Origin: a phage
DNA length: 64,000 nucleotides
Strand: one strand, 5' to 3'
Sequence record: PZ171032.1
The notes below the pieces were generated by a model. It was not told where the DNA came from and searched no databases. It saw only the letters and a list, made by a program, of their open reading frames with translations. Made by a program: the position numbers and the translations under genes. Positions within the stretch are counted from its first letter, which is position 1. Each line of letters begins with the position of its first letter. This document shows, one piece after another, positions 1 to 8,679 of the stretch.

Positions 1-63
1 TAGTGTCCGTATCACGGACAGTAGTGTCCGTATCACGGACAGTAGTGTCCGTATCACGGACAG
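1..63. repeat. three tandem copies of a 21-bp unit TAGTGTCCGTATCACGGACAG, each holding a 7-3-7 inverted repeat (TGTCCGT-ATC-ACGGACA); array is cut by the window edge
   Basis: Read directly: identical 21-mers at 1-21, 22-42, 43-63. Palindromic arms at 21-bp (two helical turn) spacing are typical of operators for a dimeric HTH protein. Confidence 0.9.
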
Positions 64-137
64 TTACTGACCTCTATTCCAGAGCGAACATAAAATATAC
101 GAATCCTTATAGTACAGATATTTAAGTTTTTACTGGT

Positions 138-488
138 CTAACCAGTTGTTGACATCCGAATAACTTCTTCTGGTGGCAAAACTTTGGAAAATGTGCATCT
201 TTTACCTCTCCCTTGTGTGGATGTTTCAACCACCCCTGCACACTCTAAAGTTTTAACGCACGCTGCTGCTTTTGTTTTCTTTATCCCAACATCTGCTGCA
301 ATTTTCCTTGTGCTGGGTGTGAAGCGTGAATTTCCTCCAAGCTTATACCAGTTGTGCAGGTAGCAGTATACGATCTTGTCATACAAGTCAAGAACAACAA
401 CCTCTCCAGTTGTGTCATTCAAAACTTTTGACATAGACAGTATTTCAAGGGGGACTTTAAGATATAGCAGCTTATCCCCATCTTTCAT
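138..488 (-). CDS. small putative DNA-binding protein (HTH/winged-helix-like)
   Basis: 116-aa ORF with AGGAG Shine-Dalgarno just upstream of the ATG; segment TRKIAADVGIKKTKAAACVKTLECAGVV looks like a helix-turn-helix. Sits next to the palindromic repeat array. No family assignment by eye. Confidence 0.5.
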   Translation of the reverse strand: MKDGDKLLYLKVPLEILSMSKVLNDTTGEVVVLDLYDKIVYCYLHNWYKLGGNSRFTPSTRKIAADVGIKKTKAAACVKTLECAGVVETSTQGRGKRCTFSKVLPPEEVIRMSTTG

Positions 489-535
489 ATCTCCTGATTC
501 TCCTTGTGTGGCAATTTTCTTTAAAATAGCAGGGA

Positions 536-1090
536 TTACTCCCCGCTGTCAATAGAAAAACTCATTGCAATACGGTATGCCTCTTCTAATGGTAAGAGTC
601 TCCCCCACACATCCCAACCGACATCAAGCTGCCTGCCAAACAACTGTTGTGTGGTTCCGTGAGCATGACCGAACAGTTGGACTGATCCGTGAGGCTTTCT
701 GTTCCACTTTGCAAATTGGTAATGGCTCATACAGATCAAATTCTTGTTGTGGCGAAGCTCGTAATAATCTACAACCTCATGACCGAACTCTTTCATAATT
801 CTGACAGTCGTCCTTGTGTCATGGTTGCCACGAACAAGAATAATATGTCCGTTCAGCATATTTAGAACATCTGGAAGCAATTTGTTGATATTCTTATCAT
901 TAGTGCACGCAATATCCCCCAAGTGAAACACAGTGTCTGCAGGTGACACAATAGAGTTCCACTTGGTGATGATTCCCGCATTCATACTGTCAAGATTGTG
1001 ATCATACTGAGATCTGTGTTTTTGACATGAATCAAACTCCATGACCCGCTGGTGGAGAAAGTGTGTGTCGCTTGTTACAAAGTATTTCAT
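536..1090 (-). CDS. calcineurin-like metallophosphoesterase (lambda-phosphatase / Ser-Thr phosphatase type)
   Basis: Motifs SDTHF, LGDIACT, VRGNHD, GHAH in canonical order. Start placed at the internal ATG (MKYF...) preceded by GAGGAA; the track ORF extends 35 codons further upstream into the next gene. Confidence 0.75.
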   Translation of the reverse strand: MKYFVTSDTHFLHQRVMEFDSCQKHRSQYDHNLDSMNAGIITKWNSIVSPADTVFHLGDIACTNDKNINKLLPDVLNMLNGHIILVRGNHDTRTTVRIMKEFGHEVVDYYELRHNKNLICMSHYQFAKWNRKPHGSVQLFGHAHGTTQQLFGRQLDVGWDVWGRLLPLEEAYRIAMSFSIDSGE

Positions 1091-1097
1091 ACATTCC

Positions 1098-1508
1098 TCA
1101 TTTAAGTTTAATGCAGTTTTTAAGCTGGCGTTCCATACGATCCACAACCTTGTCTGGAACATCATGAATGCTTTTATTACCGTGGAGGTTTTCAACCACG
1201 ATCACGGTATAACTATATCCATGACTGATCGCCATGTCAATATATTCTTGCACATATTTTTCTTTTGTAAACGTATTACTTACCACGATACGGTCGTAGC
1301 CCATACGCATCATATCTTCTACGTTATCTTTGCACCATTTTGCTGCAAGTGTTACTTTACTTGCATCCCAATTGTAATTGCCGTCATCGTCGTACCAGAA
1401 CATATCGTTCTCAAAATGTGGATACAGACCTTCTAAAGATAGCGCATTTGCCAGTGTTGATTTGCCAGACCCTGGTAGACCACGCACGATATATAGCATT
1501 TTAGACAT
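1098..1508 (-). CDS. P-loop kinase, polynucleotide 5'-kinase-like
   Basis: Walker A GLPGSGKST six residues after the chosen start MSKMLYIV (GGAGAG SD upstream); size and context fit a Pnk-type kinase. Confidence 0.55.
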   Translation of the reverse strand: MSKMLYIVRGLPGSGKSTLANALSLEGLYPHFENDMFWYDDDGNYNWDASKVTLAAKWCKDNVEDMMRMGYDRIVVSNTFTKEKYVQEYIDMAISHGYSYTVIVVENLHGNKSIHDVPDKVVDRMERQLKNCIKLK

Positions 1509-1568
1509 AGTAACTCTCCGTTTTAATTTTAATAATAGTATACCTAACTGTTTTGTTAATTTCAAGTG

Positions 1569-1598
1569 TTGACACCAGGTTATTTGTGTGGCAGAATA
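1569..1598 (+). promoter_or_regulatory. candidate sigma70 promoter (TTGACA, about 17 bp, CAGAAT) upstream of the RNA ligase gene
   Basis: Consensus -35 read directly; -10 is weak. Confidence 0.3.
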
Positions 1599-1626
1599 AA
1601 GGGACAAAATGACAAATGAGGAATGT

Positions 1627-2544
1627 ATGATGAAGTATTTTAATGCAGACGACCTGGTTGACAAAGGTCTTGTAACCAGCAGATATTACCCAGATCTTGG
1701 ATTAAAGATCTACAAATATGCCAGAAAAGTATTCTACAACAATTTATGGCATTTGTCTCCGCGTTTACTAGAGTGCCGAGGCATTGTTGTCGGTAATGAA
1801 GGAAATGTTGTGGCATGGCCCTTCACAAAAGTGTTTAATTTGGGAGAAAACTCCACCAACCTGCCTGACAATAAACTTGTGACGGCGGTAGAGAAAAAGA
1901 ACGGATTCCTTGGTGTGGTATCATCTCATAAAGGTGAACTATTGTTTTCAACAACCGGGTCTCTTGATTCTCCATATTGTAACCTTGCAAAGGAAACCAT
2001 CCAGGAGCAATGTGGTAATTTAGATCTTATCAAGAAGGTTATGGGCCATGAAAACATGACATTCATGTTTGAAATTTGTCACCCTTCAGATCCGCATATT
2101 GTTCAGGAAGATCATGGCGCATATTTGATAGGTTGCAGATATAATGATTCCGGAATAATGCTACCAGAAGCGGCTTTAGATGGGATTGCCAAATACCTTG
2201 GTGCAAAACGTCCTCACACTGTGCGTGAAATTCCGTTCAGTTATGCAAAAGAATTAGCTGCAGAAACAAGAGGTGAAGGGTATATGATTCGTAAGCCTTA
2301 CTACCCTTATGACCTGCAGCTGAAGATTAAGTCTCCATACTATCTGGCACGGAAGGCCGTAATGAGGGGTAAAGCTTGGAAGATTTGGGATGATGATATC
2401 TTTAAACGTATTGACGAAGAGTTTTATGGCATGGTAAACTTCATTCGTAGCAATTACACAGAAGATGTGTGGAACTGCCTCCTGGAGCAGGAACGCCGTG
2501 AGATACTTGATTACTATTTCCACAACGAGAACTATATGCAATGA
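1627..2544 (+). CDS. Rnl2-family RNA ligase (nucleotidyltransferase)
   Basis: EGYMIRKPYYPY and KIKSP match recalled T4 Rnl2 motifs IV (EGYVLKP) and V (KxK); candidate motif I KKNGF; motif III-like FMFE. Start set at ATGATG (1627) behind the same 17-nt initiation cassette used by the phosphatase gene. Confidence 0.55.
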   Translation: MMKYFNADDLVDKGLVTSRYYPDLGLKIYKYARKVFYNNLWHLSPRLLECRGIVVGNEGNVVAWPFTKVFNLGENSTNLPDNKLVTAVEKKNGFLGVVSSHKGELLFSTTGSLDSPYCNLAKETIQEQCGNLDLIKKVMGHENMTFMFEICHPSDPHIVQEDHGAYLIGCRYNDSGIMLPEAALDGIAKYLGAKRPHTVREIPFSYAKELAAETRGEGYMIRKPYYPYDLQLKIKSPYYLARKAVMRGKAWKIWDDDIFKRIDEEFYGMVNFIRSNYTEDVWNCLLEQERREILDYYFHNENYMQ

Positions 2545-2589
2545 AGAAGTGGAAAGTTATTTTTAATCACTCCAGCTTAAGGGGCCTGT

Positions 2590-3198
2590 ATGAAACTTGT
2601 ACATGGTGTTGGTGTTAATGATGCAGACTATCCTGTCAGGGTTTTAGACAAGGATACTGGAAAGAGAATCATGTGTCCTTTTTATATGACATGGTCAAAT
2701 ATGCTAGGAAGGTGCTACCTTAAAAACAAGAAATTTGAAGCTTATGCTATGGTAGAAGTCTGTGAAGAATGGAAAATCTTCAGCAACTTCAAGCGTTGGA
2801 TGGAAAAACAAGATTGGCAGGATAAATTTTTAGATAAAGATATCCTCTTTGAAAATAATCTTGTATACTGTCCAGAAGCGTGTATTTTTGTTCCCCGTGA
2901 AATAAACAACTTCTTTGTAGCAAGGATGCCACAAAGAGGGGAGTGTTTAATGGGAGTAAGAAGAAAAGGCCCATCTTTTGCTGCCTATTGCAAAGATGGG
3001 GTTAAGGACACGCAGGTTTATCTTGGAACCTTCCCCACGCAGATTGAGGCACATATGAGATACTTAGAATGTAAACTGCAACTTCTTAGAGATTTGATTA
3101 GAACTGTAGATGACAGTAGGTTGCTATTAGGATTACGAAGAATTGAAAATAAGATAGTTTTAGCTTTATCTTCAAAAACACCGATAGAGAATTTTTAG
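2590..3198 (+). CDS. homing-endonuclease-like DNA-binding protein with C-terminal AP2 domain
   Basis: C-terminal GVRRKGPSFAAYCKDGVKDTQVYLGTFPTQIEAHMRY fits the AP2 DNA-binding domain found in phage HNH/homing endonucleases; N-terminal YxxWxxMxxRC-type motif. No clear catalytic motif seen. Confidence 0.45.
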   Translation: MKLVHGVGVNDADYPVRVLDKDTGKRIMCPFYMTWSNMLGRCYLKNKKFEAYAMVEVCEEWKIFSNFKRWMEKQDWQDKFLDKDILFENNLVYCPEACIFVPREINNFFVARMPQRGECLMGVRRKGPSFAAYCKDGVKDTQVYLGTFPTQIEAHMRYLECKLQLLRDLIRTVDDSRLLLGLRRIENKIVLALSSKTPIENF

Positions 3199-3206
3199 AG
3201 GGATGT

Positions 3207-3554
3207 ATGAAAGTTTGGATAGATGATTTGCGTAACCCTGCTGACTACGGGCAGACAGATGCAATTTGGTTTAAAACTTCACAAGAGGCTATGGAGTTTC
3301 TCAATAATCCTGCTAAAATGTATCGAAGAGTGACAGAGTGGTTCTTTGACCATGATTTGGGTGAAGCCTCTGATCAAGACGGGTATGCTGTTTTATTGCG
3401 CCTGGAAGAGCTATTTGTATTTGGTAAGCCCCCTGTAGTTGACAACGTGAAGATTTTCGTGCATACTTCTAACCCATCAGCGGCTCGTAAATTCATGCTT
3501 GCAGCTGACTCGTTTAAAAAGTTTGGAATAGAGATTAAACAAAACATCTACTGA
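3207..3554 (+). CDS. small protein with receiver (CheY-like) fold signature; function unknown
   Basis: WIDDLR ... FDHDLGE ... VHTSNP places acidic residues where a receiver domain has its DD/D/T pocket. Pattern only. Confidence 0.3.
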   Translation: MKVWIDDLRNPADYGQTDAIWFKTSQEAMEFLNNPAKMYRRVTEWFFDHDLGEASDQDGYAVLLRLEELFVFGKPPVVDNVKIFVHTSNPSAARKFMLAADSFKKFGIEIKQNIY

Positions 3555-3562
3555 GGACACTT

Positions 3563-4324
3563 ATGCGACGACTGATTATTATCTCCGGTGCTGGTTTGAG
3601 CGCTGAATCTGGTATTCCCACTTTCCGATCTGGTAGCACTGCAATGTGGGAGAATTTCAGCATCGATGAGGTGTGCAACATCCACACCTTTGCCAAGAAC
3701 TACTACAAGGTGCATGACTTTTACAATGCACGTCGTGTAGCTCTAGGCGGTGTTGAGCCTAACCTTGCACATCTTCGGATCGCTGAGTGGTATTCCCGCT
3801 GGTCTGGTCGTGTGATCAACCTTACCACCAATGTAGATGATTTGCTGGAGCGTGCTGGTGTAAAACATGAAGATATTTTACATGTTCACGGGTATTTGCC
3901 AGAAATAGTCTATGAGGACGATGAAGGAAGTGACGTCATTAAGGACATTGGATACTCTGAGGTAGATGCAGGAAAGTATACCTGGGTTAAACCTAATGTG
4001 GTGTTCTTCGGAGAAGTAGCTCCGAAGTATACAGACATGTATGACCTGTTGACTTCTCTTACAAGCAATGATATAGTTATCCTTGTAGGGTGTTCCAACA
4101 CAGTTATCAATTTTAACTGGGAGCTATTCCCTGCCTGCAATAAGGGCACCAAACTGCTGATCGTTAACAAATACGACTCACAGCATCTAGAGGAGAATGG
4201 CATTTCACGTAGTGATATTTACCAGTACGAGGATCGCGGCATCCCGGTTTGGTTTAACGGGGCGGTTGACGCTTTCTCTGATAAAACATTCATTGAGACC
4301 GTAGAAAACTTTATGGAACTTTAA
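3563..4324 (+). CDS. Sir2-family NAD-dependent deacylase / ADP-ribosyltransferase-like protein
   Basis: IISGAGLSAESGIPTFRS (GAGIS..GIP.FR motif), NVDDL, HVHG; lacks the paired CxxC zinc motif. Confidence 0.7.
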   Translation: MRRLIIISGAGLSAESGIPTFRSGSTAMWENFSIDEVCNIHTFAKNYYKVHDFYNARRVALGGVEPNLAHLRIAEWYSRWSGRVINLTTNVDDLLERAGVKHEDILHVHGYLPEIVYEDDEGSDVIKDIGYSEVDAGKYTWVKPNVVFFGEVAPKYTDMYDLLTSLTSNDIVILVGCSNTVINFNWELFPACNKGTKLLIVNKYDSQHLEENGISRSDIYQYEDRGIPVWFNGAVDAFSDKTFIETVENFMEL

Positions 4325-4337
4325 AAGGAGACCTTTA

Positions 4338-5051
4338 ATGCTGAATACTAAATTAATTGACAACCTGGAAAAACTATCCCAACCTGAAAACTACCTTTGG
4401 TCTGCCAACTGGGTGGAAAACTGGAACCGTGTGGCAGCTAAAGTGAAAAAATCATACACACCATTCGAATTACAGCTTAGCTTCATTGAGGAAGAGTTCA
4501 ATGAAGTTTTGGAAGAGCTGGAGAAAGGTGATGGTGGAGATCACCTGCTAAAGGAGGCCTGCGATCTTCACGTTGTCACAAGTTATGCAGCTTATCTTGT
4601 TAATGACAATCACGAAAAGTGGTCAAACCTGTTTGATAATCCACGAGGTCTTAAGTTCAAGATCGGTGAGTTCTATGACACACTGATCGCTGCGAAAAAC
4701 ACATCCAAGCAAAGAGCGTCAGCTTACCGTTTAGCGGAGTTGTCAACAGCTTTGCTGTTCCAGCTTAGCGGCGATGTGTGCGGGATGATGCGTAAGGTTC
4801 TCAAATCGAATGACAGCAAGTTTGCACGGGTCAACCATCTACGGTATTCACACGGTGCCAGTGCAGATATGCCTGCTGAACAACTCATAGAGTTGGAGAT
4901 TAAAGATCTTGAGCGACGCTTTGATGGTCGATATGAAGGTTTTGTTGCTAAGGAAGAATTCTACAACGGTAATAAAGTTATCATATTCCTTGACAGTAAA
5001 GGTAAGATCATGAAGCCTTCGAGCTTCAAGGATGTAGCAGAGTATATTTAA
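4338..5051 (+). CDS. MazG-like nucleotide pyrophosphohydrolase domain protein (tentative)
   Basis: Acidic helix pattern FIEEEFNEVLEELEKGDGGDHLLKEACD resembles the EExxE...E..D metal-binding signature of all-alpha NTP-PPases. Confidence 0.35.
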   Translation: MLNTKLIDNLEKLSQPENYLWSANWVENWNRVAAKVKKSYTPFELQLSFIEEEFNEVLEELEKGDGGDHLLKEACDLHVVTSYAAYLVNDNHEKWSNLFDNPRGLKFKIGEFYDTLIAAKNTSKQRASAYRLAELSTALLFQLSGDVCGMMRKVLKSNDSKFARVNHLRYSHGASADMPAEQLIELEIKDLERRFDGRYEGFVAKEEFYNGNKVIIFLDSKGKIMKPSSFKDVAEYI

Positions 5052-5058
5052 CAACATG

Positions 5059-5085
5059 GCCGGGATTACCCGGCTTTACTTGTTG
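5059..5085 (+). terminator. rho-independent terminator candidate (GCCGGG-atta-CCCGGC + TTTACTTGTTG)
   Basis: Hairpin plus T-rich tail read directly after the stop of the preceding gene. Confidence 0.55.
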
Positions 5086-5423
5086 TGGAAAGTATGCAAG
5101 TGAGGCAGATAGTTATGTACAAGCACTCTAGAGATCTTGAAAACGATGCTGTGTTTGGGGATCAGATGAAAGAGTTGGTTAAACTTATAGGCAGGATAGA
5201 GGATAAGTTTGACACTAAGATCTACATCGACAGCAAAGTATTCAACCACAAAATATGGACAAATCTGTGTGTTGGACTACATGGAGATAAAGATGTGGTA
5301 AATTTAGTTGTAATTAAGTTCATAGTGTGGCAGAATAAAACTATAAATTATTACGATCCACACCTGCTTGTTTACCCGATAAAAGACCTATTAGATAAGG
5401 AGGACTGCAATGCCGTTATTTAA
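5085..5423 (+). CDS. hypothetical protein
   Basis: 112-aa ORF in co-directional packed array. Confidence 0.45.
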   Translation: MESMQVRQIVMYKHSRDLENDAVFGDQMKELVKLIGRIEDKFDTKIYIDSKVFNHKIWTNLCVGLHGDKDVVNLVVIKFIVWQNKTINYYDPHLLVYPIKDLLDKEDCNAVI

Positions 5424-5679
5424 TCTTGCTAAACCTGTAGAAGCACACCAGTTTGACGGAAGCTCTTCATCAGTATCTGATCTGCAACGGTGGATTGATA
5501 CGGGTGTGTTTACATCGTCACCTGTTCGGACCAGAGATCTTCGTCGCATGTGTGAGCTTGTAGAGCCGTTTGGTAACCTAGTCTTGTACCAGGGTGATTG
5601 GCTTGTTGATTTTATGGGGGACTGGTTGGTAATGAGTAAAGAAGAGATGTTTAAAATTTTTAAGGAAGAGGCCGAGTAA
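5410..5679 (+). CDS. hypothetical protein
   Basis: 89-aa ORF overlapping neighbours by a few nt (translational coupling pattern). Confidence 0.45.
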   Translation: MPLFNLAKPVEAHQFDGSSSSVSDLQRWIDTGVFTSSPVRTRDLRRMCELVEPFGNLVLYQGDWLVDFMGDWLVMSKEEMFKIFKEEAE

Positions 5680-6962
5680 TGCATCAAATCAAAACAACAC
5701 TGTACGCACTGAACAAAGATGGCAGCTACCAACAGTGGAAAGTATTCACGGATGGTGATAAGGTTATCGTAGAGTTTGGCAAGCTTGATGGTAAACTACA
5801 ATACAAAGAGACGATCTGCACACCTAAGAACGTGGGTCGCGCCAATGAAACTACAGCTGAGCAACAGGCCGAGCTGGAAGCGATCAGTAAGTGGGAAAAA
5901 CAGGTCCGACTCGGGTACGTGGAGAGTATGGAAGATTGTGAGCAAGGTGTTGATCTTTTACCCATGTTGGTGCATGACTACCTGAAGCGTGGCAAGGCAC
6001 TTAAATTACCTTGCTGGATCTTGCGTAAGTTAGATGGCCTTCGTCTGCTTGTTGTTTTCCAAAATGGTGAGCCTAAATTTATTTCCCGTGGTAATAAGTC
6101 CTACCCTATTCAAGGAAAGCTTTTAGAGCAACTTCGTTCTTTCCATTCTACCACTGGGATTAAACAACTTGATGGGGAACTATACATTCATGGTCTTCCT
6201 TTGCAGAAAATAGTGTCTCTTGCTAAACGGTGGCGCACACAGGAAGAGATTCAGGCCGAGATCGATAAAGACTATGAGGCAGATAAAAAACGCCGTCATG
6301 CAGCAATTAAGGCAGGCTTATCAACATACAAAAACTTCAACAAGGTAGATATTCCTGTCGATGTTGAGCCTGTTCGTGATGATTTGCGTTACGGTGGGTA
6401 CTGTAGCTACGATCTGGAGTATCACATTTTTGATATTCCTAGCGACAAGGTGTGGTGGGATCCAGAAACAGAGTCTGGACGCTGCAAGGATCTTATGGAT
6501 GCAGAGGATACCGTTACCACTCTGATGCTTGACCATATCAAGGTTGTTGACGCAGAGCTTGCGTACACAGTTGATCATTGCGAAGAATCTGTTGGTATAT
6601 TCATGTCCGAAGGATATGAAGGTACTATCATGCGTAATTTCTGCGGTAAATACGAGTACGGTCAGCGAACATCTGAAGCATTGAAATGGAAAAAGTTCAA
6701 CGACGCAGAGGTGAAAGTTATTGACGTTGAGAAAGATAAGAATGATGAAGGTGTTCTTATCTGTGTTGACAAGGAAGGTGTTATTGTTAAAATGAAGATG
6801 AAAGGCACGCACGAGGAGCGTAGCTATGACAGGATGCAGGAAATGATCGGCAAGTTTGTCACCTTCAAATATCAATCAAGGACAGAAGACAACAACTACC
6901 AATTCCCTGTCGGTATCTGCGTCCGAAATGTTGACCCAGACACTTGGGAGGTTCTGGAATGA
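5679..6962 (+). CDS. ATP-dependent DNA ligase
   Basis: Motif I KxDG (ILRKLDGLR), motif IV-like EGTIMR, motif V-like KWKK; size about 427 aa. Confidence 0.7.
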   Translation: MHQIKTTLYALNKDGSYQQWKVFTDGDKVIVEFGKLDGKLQYKETICTPKNVGRANETTAEQQAELEAISKWEKQVRLGYVESMEDCEQGVDLLPMLVHDYLKRGKALKLPCWILRKLDGLRLLVVFQNGEPKFISRGNKSYPIQGKLLEQLRSFHSTTGIKQLDGELYIHGLPLQKIVSLAKRWRTQEEIQAEIDKDYEADKKRRHAAIKAGLSTYKNFNKVDIPVDVEPVRDDLRYGGYCSYDLEYHIFDIPSDKVWWDPETESGRCKDLMDAEDTVTTLMLDHIKVVDAELAYTVDHCEESVGIFMSEGYEGTIMRNFCGKYEYGQRTSEALKWKKFNDAEVKVIDVEKDKNDEGVLICVDKEGVIVKMKMKGTHEERSYDRMQEMIGKFVTFKYQSRTEDNNYQFPVGICVRNVDPDTWEVLE

Positions 6963-7086
6963 TGTAGGATGGTTTAGTAGGTAACGGTAGCCAATTGAAT
7001 GATGGTTTTTCAATTGGCACCTACATAACCACACTATGCAGTGTTGTTGATCGGGTTAGTTATGAGCAAACTGGAGAGTATGAAAA

Positions 7087-7584
7087 ATGAAACTTGATAA
7101 AAATGTTCAACGAAAAGCTTTCTTGGATCTTATTGGCTGGGCAGAGGGAACAACAACCCACCCTGCCACCAAATGTGGAGGATACGATGTTGTAGCATAC
7201 GGGATGGACGGAAAACCTGAAATCTTTACAGATTTTTCTACGCACCCTTTTGCAAACGGTCGCCCTGGTAAAGTGTTTAACTCAAAAGGGCAAAGAACTA
7301 CAGCCTGCGGTAAATATCAATTTCTTGTCAAATACTGGGAACACTACAAAAAACAGCTTAAGTTGCCTGATTTTGGACCAGACAGTCAGGATAAGTGGGC
7401 GATCCAGTTGATCAGAGAACGTAAAGCACTTGAAGATATAGATAACGGTCATATTAAATCTGCTATACGTAAGACCTCAAATATTTGGGCTTCGTTCCCA
7501 TACAACCAGTACGACCAAAATCCAAAAACCATTGACAAGTTGCTTAAGAAATTTGTAGAGTTTGGAGGTGTTGTTCTGGATTAA
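7087..7584 (+). CDS. lysozyme / lytic transglycosylase of the phage lambda R type
   Basis: QRKAFLDLIGWAEGT and downstream blocks (GKYQFL, KQLKLPDF, SNIWAS) are colinear with lambda R as recalled; 165 aa. Confidence 0.85.
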   Translation: MKLDKNVQRKAFLDLIGWAEGTTTHPATKCGGYDVVAYGMDGKPEIFTDFSTHPFANGRPGKVFNSKGQRTTACGKYQFLVKYWEHYKKQLKLPDFGPDSQDKWAIQLIRERKALEDIDNGHIKSAIRKTSNIWASFPYNQYDQNPKTIDKLLKKFVEFGGVVLD

Positions 7585-7638
7585 TGATCAAAAGGTAGGC
7601 CACTCGCCTACCTTGCTACACCAGAGGTGTGTTGAGAT

Positions 7639-8400
7639 ATGACGATACATTTCTTTTTTAATGATCACTATCCTTATTGGTACAAGGATGGTGATCTAAT
7701 CTTTTGGAAACCTGGCTGCAGTAGAAATGGAAATAGGGCTGGACACTACAACAAAAAGACTGGATATTTCCAAGTGTATAATAAGCTGACAAATGTTAAA
7801 CGTGGCAGACATAGGGAAATTTTTGACATGTTTTACGGATGTGTCACAGATACTTGGCATATCGATCATATTGTCTCTAAGAAAAATTCTACTAACGGGG
7901 TGCCTGTAGACAAGATAGAAAACCTTCAAATGTTGAAGCCTTGGGATAACTACTGTAAGAGAGCCTTGGAAAATGTACAAAGCAATAATACCTCTACAGT
8001 GACTGGGGTGGTATGGCTGAAAAGAGAGGGTAAGTGGAGGGCAAGTAGAAGGATAAATAGGGTAAATGTTAGGTTGGGAGATTTTGACACTTTCGAAGAG
8101 GCTAAGTCTAGGATTGAATGGTCAATAGCTAACCCTGAAGAGGCTTTAAAGATAGTTCCAAACCCGCACAAGAATAATATCCTGCCTGGTATTGATTGGT
8201 CTAAGAAAGATACCTGTTGGAGGGCACGAGATAACAAAGGAAGAAACTTAAGGTGCTTCAACGACAGGAAGTGGCTAAATCCGTGGTGGGAGGCAGTTTG
8301 TGCAAGAAAATCTTGGGAAGTAAACTGTCTCTACGGAGGGATGTCACTAACTGAGTGGAAGTTATCCAGAGGCTATCCAAGACCTTGTGTTGAGGATTAA
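7639..8400 (+). CDS. HNH homing endonuclease with AP2 DNA-binding domain
   Basis: HIDHIVSKKNSTNG...NLQML (HNH core) followed by GVVWLKREGKWRASRRINRVNVRLGDFDTFEEA (AP2). Confidence 0.7.
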   Translation: MTIHFFFNDHYPYWYKDGDLIFWKPGCSRNGNRAGHYNKKTGYFQVYNKLTNVKRGRHREIFDMFYGCVTDTWHIDHIVSKKNSTNGVPVDKIENLQMLKPWDNYCKRALENVQSNNTSTVTGVVWLKREGKWRASRRINRVNVRLGDFDTFEEAKSRIEWSIANPEEALKIVPNPHKNNILPGIDWSKKDTCWRARDNKGRNLRCFNDRKWLNPWWEAVCARKSWEVNCLYGGMSLTEWKLSRGYPRPCVED

Positions 8401-8463
8401 TCATTGACATAACCACACGGACGTGGTATTTTTACCTCATAAAATGTTTAGGAGGGTTTAACC

Positions 8464-8670
8464 ATGAAAGATTTTCTGTTGGCAATTTTGTTCATGGCAG
8501 CATGTCTGGCCTGTGGTGTCGTGTTTGCAGGTGAAACAGCGTATCTTGTCGATGTATATCGGGACAATGGTAAACGTATTTGCCTTTATGAGACAAGCCA
8601 AGGTGAGCTCTACGAACTTGTGAAACAAGGTGAGGCAGGTTCCTGCCCTCGCACCCATTTCTTTGAATGA
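8464..8670 (+). CDS. small secreted or lipoprotein-like protein
   Basis: N-terminal signal-peptide-like segment MKDFLLAILFMAACLACG with possible lipobox; 68 aa. Preferred over the antisense ORF 8458..8658. Confidence 0.45.
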   Translation: MKDFLLAILFMAACLACGVVFAGETAYLVDVYRDNGKRICLYETSQGELYELVKQGEAGSCPRTHFFE

Positions 8671-8679
8671 GGAGGATAC

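Noticed and set aside
565-1572. Plus-strand ORFs 565..798, 1041..1436, 1378..1572 antisense to the phosphatase and kinase genes
   Set aside because: They overlap well-supported minus-strand genes with clear catalytic motifs, lack SDs and have low-complexity translations.
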